From Neocallimastix sp. 'constans' (lineage: Eukaryota), in NCBI GenBank assembly GCA_050613775.1, contig JBODTK010000131.1, forward strand, positions 1 to 64,000: 64,000 nt of DNA, read 5' to 3'. Below are positions 1-13,300 of this stretch, in pieces. The notes under the pieces are model-generated. The model was not told where the DNA came from and did not search any database. It saw nothing but the letters and a program-made list of their open reading frames with translations. Numbering within the stretch: the stretch's first letter is position 1; every line of letters begins with the position of its first letter. The position numbers were made by a program, and so were the translations under genes.

Positions 1-724
1 AAGCATCTCAAATTCAGCAAAGAATAATGAACCATTCGATAAAACAACATTTAAAAGTGCAGTCGGATCGTTAATCTATCTAGCCAGGTGTACCCGTCCA
101 GATATTTCTTACGCTGTAGGAAAGATTGCTAGAAATTCTGAGAATCCTACCATAGCTGATTGGAAAATGGTAATAAATATATTAAAATACTTAAACTATA
201 CTAAATACTACAAAATTAAATATAAAAGACAGGGGGAAATTATGGCATATACTGATGCTGACTACGCTAGTGACCCAAAAGATAGAAAATCTACTTCTGG
301 GTATATAATATTAATGAATAATGATCCAATATGTTGACAATCCAAGAAACAAACAGTAGTTGACACATCTACCGCAGAAGCTGAATACATTGCTACCGCT
401 GAATGTACTAAAAAGGCTTTATGGATTCGAAATATTTTATATGAAATATTCAACATTAAAAAACCAATAAAAATATTCACCGATAACTTAGCAAGTAAAA
501 CGACAATAGAAAACGGTGAACTCAACAATAAATTAAAACATATAGAAATAAAATTTTACTTCAATAAAGATAATATCAAAAATAACAAAATAAAATTAGA
601 ATACATCAATACCGAAAGGATGTTGGTCGATCCGTTAACAAAAGATTTTAATGGACCAAAAATGACTAAGTTTACAGACCAAATTTTTGACAAGCAAACA
701 TTCTGGTCTGAGGGGGAATGTTAG
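1..724 (+). mobile_element. Ty1/copia LTR retrotransposon, 3' end of pol (RT C-terminus + RNase H), one premature stop
   Basis: Frame 2 reads FKSAVGSLIYLARCTRPDISYAV...AYTDADYA..DRKSTSGY..IC*QSKKQTVV.TSTAEAEY...LKHIEIKFYF...MLVDPLTK. TGA at 335-337 replaces the conserved Trp. The polypurine tract (PPT) GAGGGGGAA (710-718) directly precedes TGTTAG. Confidence 0.93.
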
Positions 725-966
725 AATACAAAGAAAAATATATTAAAATTATACTAAAATAATTTATGTGTATTAAATAAATTAAAAGATATTTTTATAA
801 TACAACGAACTCGTTGTTAAACTAATGAAATATATTATGTAATAATTTCTCGATTTTTAATAAGCCACAAAATAGTATAAATACAAATGTAATCTCATAA
901 ATTTTTAAAAATCAAGTAATTACTCATATTAAATAAATAAACTTTAATCAATAAAATATTTTATAA
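719..966 (+). repeat. 3' LTR of the copia element (right boundary approximate)
   Basis: Starts TGTTAGAATA immediately after the PPT and contains the AAGCCACAA...TATAAATACAA motif also found in the LTRs at 10087 and 14591. The end is estimated only by similarity to those LTRs. Confidence 0.6.
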
Positions 967-1673
967 ATAAAAATTATTATATTCTTTATTTATTTATCTA
1001 TTTATTTATTAATTTATACATTTATTTATTTTAAAATTAATTGTATTATAATTTTTTATGGCGTTAACAAATAATTTTACAAGCCATTAAAAATAAATGG
1101 CGTATTGAAAATTTGTATTTTAAAAATTGGCGAAATGAACCACATTCATGTTTTATATATGTTTACAACATATCTATATTAATTTCAATTATTCAAATTA
1201 ATTATATAATTAAATTTATCTTTATATTTTATTAATATTTATTTTACTATATTATTAATATCTTATAATTAAATATTATTATTATGTAACTTACAAAGTA
1301 TAAAAGAAAGATGTAAAAATCTATCTTTTATGTTCTTTGTAAGGTTATTGTAAAATTACCTTAATAGTAATATATTATAGATATTTTATTATTAAATAAA
1401 AAATAAATAAATTTAAAATCAAATTAATTTGATAATTCTAATTATCAAAGTTTATTATAAATAAATATTTATTAAACTAAACATTTAAATATTTATTATT
1501 ATTATTATATATCTATATAGTATATTACTATATAGACATATCGACTTAGTGAATATTTTTTAATAGAACATATTATTCTATTTAAATTTAAACTATAAAT
1601 TATATCAAAATCTTAACATTATTTTTATGAAAAATAATAGAATTAACATTATTTGTTCATTCCTTAACAAAAA

Positions 1674-2280
1674 TGGTACGGTTGATATTAATTGTACCAG
1701 TTAAGGGCTTTGAAGACAGGGAATTTTATACTAAATAATATTTTAGATAAATAAATTATTTATTATTTCTTTAAAGTAAATTTATTTTACTTTGTCTTTA
1801 TTAATTTTATTTAATTTATTTTATTACAATTATTAATTACATGTATTTATAACCCTATTATAAATAATCTCTCTCTATTATTTACAATTAGTTCCTACAA
1901 CACTATTAATATTCTTTTATTAACTAAACTAAAAAATTTTAATATTCTTTTATTAACTAAACTAAAAAATTTTAATATTCTTTTATTAACTAAACTAAAA
2001 AATTTTAATATTCTTTTATTAACTAAACTAAAAAATTCCTCATTTTTAATTAATTCTCTCTCCTTTTATTTCTAATTGTTTTTATTCAAATACTATTTTA
2101 TTATCCAATCAGAGATAATTTCTAATTAGGTATGATACATATTATATTTTTATAAGTAATTATTTCCAATCAAGTCGTATTAAATTATATAAATATATTT
2201 AGATATTTATAGTAAATAATTATTGTTATTATTATTATATCATAGTACAATAATACATATTTCTACTGTGGGTTGTACCA
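1674..2280 (-). repeat. Gypsy 3' LTR (607 bp)
   Basis: Inverted termini TGGTAC/GTACCA, adjacent PPT, and near-identity of its first 73 bp to the 5' LTR stub. Confidence 0.8.
1907..2037. repeat. 4 x 33-bp tandem repeat inside the gypsy LTR
   Basis: Unit TAATATTCTTTTATTAACTAAACTAAAAAATTT repeated almost perfectly four times. Confidence 0.95.
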
Positions 2281-2511
2281 TGACCTCCCTGCTAATTTTA
2301 GGCTTCAATTATTGAAGACTAGAATTTCAAAAATTTAATATTAATCATTATTTATAAATTTTTTTTTTTTTTTTTTTTTTGTAATAAAAAAAAATTTTGT
2401 TAATAATATAAATATAAAATTTGAATAATAATATTACTATATATATATATAATTTTTTTTTTTTTTTTTTTGAAATTTGAAATTTGGAATTTGAAATTTT
2501 GATCATAAAAA

Positions 2512-2547
<36 letters not shown>

Positions 2548-2598
2548 CTACTATATCATGTTATATAATAGAAAATATAATTGAAATTTTATGAAATT

Positions 2599-2635
<37 letters not shown>

Positions 2636-2820
2636 AAATTTAAAAATTGAAAATTAAAATTGAATTTTAAGATTTGAAATCTGAATTATAAATCCTGTTC
2701 ATATTATATCATTAAGTTGAGTATGTATTATTATTTATTTATTATATAATTAAAACTATAACTTGAATTTTATTGAAATTGAAGTTAAAATTTTGATCTA
2801 ATTATTATTTTTATTATAAT

Positions 2821-2855
<35 letters not shown>

Positions 2856-2941
2856 TTTTATTATTTTTATTATTATTATTATTAACTTGTCATTATCCTT
2901 GATAATTGATATAATGCAATTTCAATAATTCTACCTTCATT

Positions 2942-3717
2942 TAATTAGCATTCACTTCAGTAAAGTATGGGATTACATTTTTAAGGTGGATGTTTCTTTC
3001 TGCTATTTCTTCGGTTATGGGGTCACACACAGTTACCGTGTTTAATTCGCGTTTCACTATTCTTAATGGACCGGTAAAGTAAGGATCCAATTTTCTCCTG
3101 TTGAATACCTTCACTAGTATTAAATCTCCTGGTTTATATTCAGAGCGCTGTCTTTTAATTTTTCTTCTTCTATCTACCTATAACTTATTTGCCGTATCAA
3201 CATTTTCAATTGCTTCCGATATCCATTTGTGATGAATAATAAACTTTCTCATCCAATATTCCTCTTCTCCTTCATCTTTGTCTACTCCCTGTATATTTAG
3301 TCCCAACTCAAATGGCTGCAAATCGTGTCTTCCATATAGTAGTTCAAAGCTACTAAAACCTGTAGCTTCACTTTTACATGTACGTAACGCCCACAGAGCA
3401 CTGGGTAATATCTCAAGCCAGTTTGTTTCCTTATTTCCCAAGACACGCAGATATTTCGAAATTTCTTTATTCCTATTCTCAACTTTCCCATTAGAAGCTG
3501 GATGGTATGTGGTTACATTCAATACAATTACATCATGAAGATCTAAAAATATTTTTGTTTTATCCGAAATAAACTGGGGGCCATTATCCGTGATTAGAAG
3601 TTCTGGGGTTCCGTGTCTTGCAAATAATGATTTTAAGAATCTAATAACATCATCAGATTCAATATTTTGTACTGCTTCGTCTTCTACCCATTGCGTTAGG
3701 TATTCAACAACTACTAA
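2942..3717 (-). pseudogene. Gypsy integrase core and C-terminal GPY/F-like region (fragment)
   Basis: ILVVVEYLTQW...RHGTPELLITDNGPQF...YHPASNGKVENRNKEI...SALWALRT...GFSSFELLYG...LDPYFTGP, with a stop at 3178. Confidence 0.9.
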
Positions 3718-4329
3718 TATAGTAAATAATTATTGTTATTATTGTTATATCATAGTACAATAATACATATTTCTACTGTAGGTTGTACCAAAAAATTTGT
3801 AAAAGGAAATCTTGGTATAGCTGTTAGAGCTATAGCCATGAATCGAACTACTCAAGTTTGATTCACACTTAAAACCTACTTTTTGAATATTTTATTTTCA
3901 TTGTTCTAGTTAATTCTTTTTGTATTTTCTTTAAGAATTTCATAGAAATTCTTAATAATCAAATTGAATTTTTTATTTTATTTTATCCTTTCTTCCATTA
4001 GTTTCTAAATTAATCGAGAAAATCAGTTTTAAACGATTTTTCTAAGATTCTAAAATTTTTGAAAATCATACAAACTATTTTTCCGTAAAAAGTATAAATA
4101 TGAGTAAAATTTTCACAAAAGAAATATTTTTTAATTCGTGTTTTTATTAATTAATCAATTAATAATAAGTAATTTGATATATTACAAAATTAGTTAATTA
4201 ATTAATAAATAATTACTTTAATAAATTTTATTTTAATAAATTAATAAAACAAAATTTTTTAAAAAAGACATTTTAACTTATTATTAATTTTCCAGTGTTG
4301 CCTATTGCTATATAAGTGACCAGCTCGTT

Positions 4330-6421
4330 ACAGATGTTATCGTTTTCCATTGTATTGTGAAGTTCATTATTAATACTTTTTGGGTTATTATGTTGAACAT
4401 TATTATTATTTGTTGATTCATTTCTTATTGTGCTGATATTTGTTTTGTTGATAATAATAGTATTATCATTATGATTAATATTACTACTGTTGTTATTTTT
4501 ATCATTGTGTTTGTTGATGTATGGATTTATATTTTTGTAAGTGTTGGTGTCTTTTTGATTATTTGAATTTATTTTTTTATCAAAAATATATTCATTAATC
4601 TTGTTTTTCTTTTGTAAGTTTTATTGTAATAATTGTACTGATTTAATTTCTTTATGTTATTGGTAAAGTATTTGTTTATAAAAGAATTTCCGGGTTCATT
4701 TTCCATAAATTCGACTGGACGACCTAAAATAATTATATTTTTTATAATATCATACACTTTATATCCATTAGTGTTGTTACTATAACCAAGAAAGATTCCA
4801 GGGTGAGAGTTGTTATTGAATTTTGAACGAAGTTCTTTAGGAACAAAGAAGTAGACCCTGCATCCAAAAACTTGAAAGATACTGTAATCTACAGGTTTGT
4901 TATGGAAAACTTCATAAGGAATTCTGCTTTGATTACTTTGGTGGGGGAGTCTATTATGAATGAAGGTAGCAGTATCGACTGCATACTCCCAAAATTCATG
5001 ACTAAATTTGGCTTCGTTGAGTAATGCTTTGGCAGAGGAAATAAGGATGCCATTAAATCTTTCTGCTCGACCATTTTGAGAGGGATTATACGGAATGGGG
5101 AATTGATGTTTGATCCCATTTTCTTGACAGAAAGTTTGAAATTGACTGTTTTGAAATTCTTTTCCATTGTCAGAGTAAATGGCTTATAGTATATTTTTTG
5201 AATTATATATTTCATTGTACCAAATAATTAATTTATTGAATATTTCACTTTTTCTCTCAATGAAGATTACCCAACCGAATCTTGAATAGTCGTCTAAGAT
5301 AGTGAGGAAGTATTTATTGTTGTTAATGGAATTGATGACAGGTCAAACAAGATCCATATGAATAAGATCTAAAATTTGACTTGCTTTATTTGTTGAAACT
5401 TTATAAGGTTTATTTTTTATTTTGGAGTTGATGCATATTAGGAAATTTAACTTTTATGTTAATATTGCTTAATTTATCTTGGATTTTATAAATATCAAAA
5501 TGACCTAAGCGTCTATGCCAGAGGTCTGTTAATTGATTTTTATTTAAATTGTTGTTGATTTCATAAGAATTATTTGTTTTATTTTTGTTAAAATAAATTT
5601 GTTGTCTTGAAGTGATTATTTTAAAGGTGTTTTGATTATCTGATATTGATTTGTATATTCTGTTTCTTTTATTGTCATAAATTATGGCTTGTGGTGAATT
5701 ATTATAATTGTTGAAAATGATTTTAAAATTTTGTTGAACTAACTGATTAATAGATATCAAATTTTTATTTATATATTTTGAAAAATAAACATTTTTAAGA
5801 ATAAAATTGTAATTATTGATAAATCCAATAAAATCACCACAATAGTTTTATAAAATTTTTCTTCCATTTGCGACTGAAATTTTTACACTGCATTTTGATA
5901 TATTTAATATTTTATTATTGATTGAATTCCATAACTATCAATTTTGTTCCTATTTTAGGTTTAAGAATGAAGCTGAAATTTTTTTTTATATCTTTTAATT
6001 TTAAATAAATAATATTAGACATTTTACTTATATTTTCATCATATCTGATGTCTGGGTGATATTTTTGGGTACAATTTATTTTTTATTTAGTCATATATTA
6101 ATAAATATTATAAGATAAATGAAATATTAAATATATAAATAAATAAGTAATGATCAGTATCGTAATAATTTTAAATATTGTATTATTTGAATAATATTCT
6201 ATTCTTATATATAATGATATACTTAGCTTTTGCGTTTTATTCAATCGGATGAGACTGAGACTCTTAATCTTTCAAAAATTTAAGTTAATAAACACTTATT
6301 TTAAAATATCAATAATTACACACATGAATTTACAAAATAAATATTTATTTGTATTTTATAATTATGTCTTTGTTAGAGGTATTTTATTATAAAATCAAGA
6401 GAATTCTTTTCAAATTTAACA
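4330..6421 (-). mobile_element. Truncated, degenerate Ty1/copia element (LTR/PBS, protease fragment, GAG-pre-integrase, integrase; gag and RT missing)
   Basis: ISVANG protease-region motif (~5870), LWHRRLGH (~5510), integrase segments LIHMDLV..FLTILDDYSRF..NPQNGRAERFNG..FWEYAV..FQVFGCRV..GIFLGY, all with frameshifts. PBS-like motif at 6256-6270. A possible LTR spans 6270-6421 (begins TGTTA on the minus strand). Confidence 0.85.
6256..6270 (-). promoter_or_regulatory. Primer-binding site complementary to the anticodon arm of tRNA-Lys(CUU)
   Basis: The plus strand reads TGAGACTCTTAATCT, the anticodon stem-loop sequence of eukaryotic tRNA-Lys(CTT) as I recall it. A related motif follows the 5' LTR at 10306. 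Confidence 0.7.
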
Positions 6422-7105
6422 TAATTACTTAGTTTTATACTTTTATAATATATTGATTATTATAATATTAAGAATAAATTAATAATTATTTTAATAATTT
6501 GTTACTTTTGACACTTTTTATTGGTTTTTATGTCCATAAATATAGAAATAAAGATGAAGAGTTAGCAATAGTTAGTAATGTTAATAACTAATAAATAATA
6601 ATAATAATAACAATATTAATAATATATAATAATAATGAATAATAATAAGAATAATAATAAAAATAAGAATAAAATAAGAATAAATATAATTGTAATAATA
6701 TAAGTTATATCATTTTTTTTATTTTTTATAATATTTTTTCTTCGTTTTTATCATAATAGATTTTATTTAAAGAAATAAAATAATAAAAAGCAGATATTTT
6801 ATAATTCAATCCTTCTCAATTTAATTTTTTTTATTTTTCACTGCTATAAATACAATTAATAATTTAATGATATGGATATTTTTATAAATAATTACGGATT
6901 AAATGTAAACATCATATATATATATTTTTAATTTATTTATTTATTTAGTATTTTTTCATTTTAATTTGGAATTCTACAGGAATTGGTATTATTCAAAATT
7001 TATAATTTCAAAAATTATAAATTAAAAATAGATAGAAAAACATCTTTTCACTTTTAAAATTTTAAACAATAAAAAATGTTTATATATATTTATGAAAATG
7101 AATAA

Positions 7106-7149
<44 letters not shown>

Positions 7150-7548
7150 TATTAAAATTATATATTTAAAGTAAAAATTAAATATTTTAATTCTAAAAAA
7201 TTATTATATAATAATATATAAAATAAATATTTTAATATTAAAATTAAAAAAATAAATATTATAAAATAAAGAAAAAAAAAATTTTTTTTTTTTAAATATA
7301 AATTTTTTATTTCTTATTTTTTTTTATTCCAGTTCATATATTTTTAAATTTTATTTTTATTTTTTTTTATATTTTTTTTTTTTTCATAATAATAACAATA
7401 TTTTTCATTATTATTCATAAAAAAAGCAGTTTTAATAAATTCTATTGTATAACTTAAAAATAATAATTTCTAATTTTTTTTTTCTAAAATAATCAATAAA
7501 ATAAATAATGTACATATTGTGAAGAATAGGGTTTTATGAAATTATAAC

Positions 7549-8850
7549 TTAACTTAATAAATATTTTATTAATTCTATATTTCCATTTTTACATGCAATT
7601 AATAATGGTGTGTCTCCATCTTTATTCTTCCTATTGATATTCATTCCATACCGAATCAATTTTTTAACTTCTTCAATATTACCTTGTTTACATTCAGAGG
7701 TTAATAAGGTTTTATTATTATCTCTTTTATTATTATATTTTTCAATTATATAATTCTTCTTTTCCAATTATTCCTCTTTTTTTTTTTTTCTCTTTCTCCT
7801 TTTTTTCTTCTTCCAATTCTTTTATTTTTATTTCATTTTCTTTTTCTATTTTTTCCTTTGCTTTTCTTTCATTTTTCAATTCTTTTCTCATTAATTCATT
7901 TTCTTTTTTTATTTTTTCCCTCTCTTTTCTTTCATTTTCCAATTCTTTTATTTTTATTTCATTTTCTTTTTTTATTTTTTCCTTCTCTTTTCTTTCATTT
8001 TTCAATTCTTTTATTTTTATTTCATTTTCTTTTTTTATTTTTTCCCTCTCTTTTCTTTCATTTTTCAATTCTTTTATTTTTATTTCATTTTCTTTTTTTA
8101 TTTTTTCCCTCTCTTTTCTTTCATTTTCCAATTCTTTTATTTTTATTTCATTTTCTTTTTTTATTTTTCCTTCTTTTTTCTTTCATCTTCCCATTCTTTT
8201 TTCTTTAATTCATTTTCTTTTTTTATTTTTTCTTTTGCTCTTCTTTCTTTTTCCGATTCTTTTATCATTGATTCAATTTCATTTTCTATTCTTTCATTTT
8301 CATTAATTTCATTAAATTTTTTCAAAAAGTAACTGTTTCTGCTGAATATTACTTTAATTATATTTTTATTTTTATAAAAATAGATTAATTCGATAAATTT
8401 AGAATTAATTTCTGAAATATTCCTTAATTTACAAAGGTAATATTTTTCTGAAATCATTTTTTCAATATCATTTTCATCAATGATTAATTTTATTCCTTTT
8501 TCGATGGAATATTTCACCAACAATTTAAACATTTCAATATTATTATTTTGTATTGCCCCAAATATCGGAGTATATCCATAATTATTTTTTTTATTTTATT
8601 TTAAAATAATTTTATTTTTATTGGCGTAATCCTTTAATAATTGAATCATTTCAATATTATCAAAATAGGTGGCATCTAAAAGTGGATACCATCTATATTT
8701 ATTTTTTTCATTTAATTCTAAAATAATTTTATTTTTATTGGCATAATCTAAAATATTTTTTACTTTTTGAGTATTTTAATTTATAATTTCATCATGAAGT
8801 TCTTCTTTCAAATCTTCTTTTCTTTTATAAAAAAATAAATACAAATTTTT
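7549..8850 (-). pseudogene. Ankyrin/coiled-coil/ankyrin gene copy 1 (disrupted)
   Basis: In-frame TAA near 8598 replaces Leu. Frameshifts occur in homopolymers at ~8165 and ~7780, and there is no ATG at the position used by copy 2. Two N-terminal 39-aa repeats. Confidence 0.85.
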
Positions 8851-9342
8851 TAACTTTTTTTTTTTATTTTTATTTAATAATTTTTTATTTCTGGAATTTC
8901 CTTATAACAGATGAAATTACTTATATTTTATTATCAATTTGTTTTTTTAATTTTTTATTTATTTATTAATTTTTTATTCATTTTATGAATTTAAAAAAAA
9001 AATTTTTTATTTTTTTTTAAAAAATTTTCTTTTCTTTTTATACTATAAATAATAATTAAAAAAATTTTTAGATCCATTTTTTTTTTTAATTTATTTTCCG
9101 TTTTATTTTTTTTTTAAATAAAATAATTAAAAAAAATTGGAACTAATAAAAAAAAATTAATTTTTTTATTTCATTTTTTAATTTAAATTAAATAAATGAA
9201 TATATAATATATTATAATATATATTTATATATTATTTACATATTTAATCAATTATTTTTAACTCTTTTTATTGCTTTTTATGTCCATAAATATAGAAATA
9301 AAGCAGAAGAAATAATAAGTAATAATAAATAAATAAATAAAC

Positions 9343-9460
<118 letters not shown>

Positions 9461-9708
9461 TATAATTATAATAAAAATAAGAATAAATGCAATTGGACAT
9501 TATATCATTTTTTTTTATAATATTTTTTCTTTTTCTTTCATAATAGATTTTATTTAAAGAAATAGAATAATAAAAAGTAGATATATTTTCTAATTCAAAC
9601 CTTTTCAATTTAATTTTATTTTTATGAGACATAAATACTACTAAATATAAAATTATTTCAATATTTTTATAAATAATTTCAGTTAAAAAGTAAACATCTT
9701 TCATATTC

Positions 9709-9740
<32 letters not shown>

Positions 9741-9929
9741 TAGTTTATTATACATTTTAATTTGGAATTCTAACATTTTAACATATTATTCAAAATTTAT
9801 AATTTCAAAAATTATAATTTCAAAATAAATCGCAAATCATCTTTTTCATTCTTAAATTTTTAAACAATTAATAAATATTTTTAAATATATATGAATGTGA
9901 ATAACTAAAAAAAAAAAATAAATAAAAAA

Positions 9930-9968
<39 letters not shown>

Positions 9969-10086
9969 ATATAAAAATTAAATGAAACCAAAATGAAAAA
10001 AAAAAAAAAAAAATATTAAAAAATATTAAAATTATAAATTTAAAGTTAAAATTAAATATTTTAATTCTAAAAAATTATTATATAAC

Positions 10087-10305
10087 TGTTAGAATAATTA
10101 AAATATTGAATTAAATTAATAATAATTAGTAATAATTATTAATGCATTTATTTTAAGAATATTCATGTAATTCATAATTAGTAATAAAGCCAAGCCACAA
10201 ATTTTTATATAAATACAACTATATTTGTGTAAATACTAAAACAATTAACAGTAATATAATAAATAAAATTATAAATTTATTAATAAAACTTAAATATTTC
10301 TTACA
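10087..10305 (+). repeat. 5' LTR
   Basis: TGTTAGAATA...TTCTTACA; 10 substitutions versus the 3' LTR by my count. Confidence 0.95.
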
Positions 10306-10319
10306 GATTAAGAGACTCA
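10306..10319 (+). promoter_or_regulatory. Primer-binding site (half-tRNA-Lys type)
   Basis: GATTAAGAGACTCA directly abuts the LTR CA and matches GATTAAGAGTCTCA at 13 of 14 positions. No TGG (CCA-complement) motif is present. Confidence 0.7.
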
Positions 10320-10337
10320 AGTCACTTAAAACTTAAA

Positions 10338-13300
10338 ATGTCTGAACTTATTTTATCCGAAAAAGAAAAACTCCAGGGAATAGATAATTTCCCAATTTGG
10401 TATTCTATAATGATGGATTACTTAAGGGCGAAAAAATTAACAAAATATATCAAATATAATGTGAATGACATGTTAAAAAAGCCTACAAACAATGGGAATT
10501 TATCACCAGAAGACAGTGATTTCAATGAAAACCTAGAAACAGAAGACGCAATGGCCTGTACTATTATCTTAACTAATGTCTGTGATAAAATAAAAACATA
10601 TATAAAGTATTGTAAAACTGTACATGAGAGAATGAAGAAAATAGAAAAATTATATTAAAACGATAATTCTGCCTTTTATGGTATGTGGATGAAAAGGCTA
10701 TATTCAATCCGCGCAAAGGATGTTCAAGAAACAATGAACGTCACAAATGAAATAATGGAATTATTCAGATTATTGAATGACTCCCCTACAAAACCTACTA
10801 ATATAGAAAAGATCATAATCATGCACGATGCATTACCAAATGATCTTAAAAGCAAGGTGATAGTTAGTTCAAAATTAACTCCAGAACAGTTTTACGAAGA
10901 AATAAAAGACAAATTCACTGTCTTCACATACAAAAATGATAGAGTTAATAACTCTAATATTGAAAAGCAAAAAACAGAAAGTATCCATTCAAGTGGAGAT
11001 ATACCAGATCTCAATAATATAGAAAATAAGAAAAGATATATGATACAAAGAAAATTCAAAAATAAGACGAAGAAATATTTCTTGATTTGTAATAAAAAAG
11101 GACATTTAGCAAAGGATTGTTACTTTAACCCATGCGGAACCAACAGAAATAACAAAAGATGCATATTTAACAAGAACATTAAGAAGAAATTAAATAATAC
11201 AAACTCAAATAAGAACAAAGAAAAAACAATCAATAAATAATATATAAATCGATAAAGAGAATTACAAGGACAAAACACTGTGTTATGATGAAATACAAAC
11301 GATGTTTGGTCCATCTATAAACAACCTGGAACATGATGAATCGTCAACACAAAATGAAGATAGTTATACAACTTGGACTTATGACACAGGTGCCAGCGAA
11401 CATATCACAAATAATAAAAATATACTGGAGGATTACACAGAAAATAAGACTACCATGAAATGTGCAAATAATACTCTCTGCCATTTTGAAGGATATAGAA
11501 CATATCATGGAATAATAAATAACCATAAATTTACTTTAAATAAAGTATATTATTCAACAAACAGCAATAAGAACATAATTAGTAGGATAAAATTAGCAAA
11601 ATCTGGAATCAATGTAAGCATCAACAACATCAACGAAAAAATATCATTAACATTAACTAACAACAACAATAAAATAATCGACATCATATTTCCAGATCAA
11701 TTTAATATTGTTAGACTAAAAGCAACAAATTTAAAACCAATATCCTCAATTGAACAACAAACAAGTTAATGGCATAGACGGTTGGGGCATTTTTACCAAC
11801 CAGACATTAATAAATATATAAATTTACATAATGTAAACACAGAACAATGCCTAGATTGTAAAATTTCAAAATTAAAAATGAAACCCCACAACAAAATCAC
11901 TCCAATGACTTCGACTCTATTAGAAGGTATACACTCTGATTTGATAGGACCAATTAAACCGATCTCAATAGATGGTATGAAATATATACTAACATTTATT
12001 GATGAATTTAGTCGCAAATCATGGATATATCTACTAAAAGAAAAATCTTAAACAGTAAACGCAATATTATATTTTCTCAAATATATAGAAAACCATCACG
12101 GTAATAAGATAAAATTTTTTAAAAGCGATAATGCTAGAGAATACAACAATTCCAAAATAAAGAAATATTTTAGAAAACTTGGAATAAAGAAAATATTTTC
12201 TACTCCGTACAATCCGGAAAACAATGGCATCGCGGAACGATTTAACCAAACTCTTATGAACTCAGTTAAAACATTAATTTATTGGTCAAAACTTAGTAAA
12301 GACTTTTGGTCTTTTGCATCAATATATGCAAATCATCTATACATTATAACTCCAAGAAAAAGTATTTCAAATTTAATACCAAATGAAATATTCTATAACA
12401 CAAAAGTCGATATTACACCAATTAAAGTTTTCGGATGCACTGCTTTTTATAATAATTTACAAAATAAAAAATCAAAAATAGATATAAATTCAAAGGAAGG
12501 AATATTTTTAGGGATAAAATTCGACACTCATTGTTATATAATTATGGATAAAACCAACCAAAAATTTCATTTAGTAAGAGAAGCAGTCTTTAAAGAAGAC
12601 ACTCCTGGTCTACACATTTATAAGTATCCTGAATTTTTTAATTCCAACAATATCACTATAAATTCAACGAACAACATAAATCCGTCTGATAATAACATCA
12701 ATAAAGAAGAAGAAAATATGGATATTAATTGTATAAAATCAACATCTAATACATCAAATAATAATAATGAGATTTCACATAGAAATTTTAACAATACATT
12801 AATTAATGCAGTTGATAGCATTAAAAATAACAATTCATTAATAAACAATGATATACGGTCACGTCATGTTCATTTTTATGATAATATGATATTAAATAAA
12901 CGCACAGGAACACCGTTATTTAATGAAAATAAGAGGATAAATAGTACTGATAATCATAAATCAATAAATATAATAGAATCAGATATACCATTCAATTATA
13001 ATCAAGCAATAACATGTAAGAATAAAGAACACTGGATTAATGCAATTAATGAAGAATTATACAACTTATATTAAAACAATATTATGACAATAGTTAAAGA
13101 AGTACCAAATAATAGAAAAACAATTACTACCAAATGGGTATTTACAATTAAAAGAGACAAGCACAATAATATAACAAAATACAAAGCTAGACTCGTTGCT
13201 CGAGGATTTACCCAAGTATTTGGTATTGATTTTTAATTAACATACTCTCCTACTTTGAATTAAGATAGCCTAAAATTTATAATATCGATTGCATCTTACT

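Larger units (their letters stand above)
1674..3790 (-). mobile_element. Internally deleted Ty3/gypsy LTR retrotransposon (5' LTR stub fused to integrase C-half, 3' UTR, full 3' LTR)
   Basis: Termini TGGTAC...GTACCA with AAAAA on both flanks (1669-1673 and 3791-3795, putative TSD). 3718-3790 matches 2208-2280 with 2 mismatches. PPT-like AGCAGGGAGG on the minus strand next to 2280. Confidence 0.85.

Noticed and set aside
1907..2037. Regular 33-bp repeats resembling a CRISPR array
   Set aside because: No unique spacers; it is a simple tandem repeat inside a eukaryotic LTR, and there are no cas genes.
6241..6270. Possible tRNA-Lys gene
   Set aside because: Only the D-arm and anticodon portion is present, with no T-arm or acceptor stem; position fits a PBS.
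11240..11302. Programmed gag-pol frameshift in the copia element
   Set aside because: The shift lies in an A-rich stretch of an element with many other lesions; an ordinary indel is the simpler explanation.
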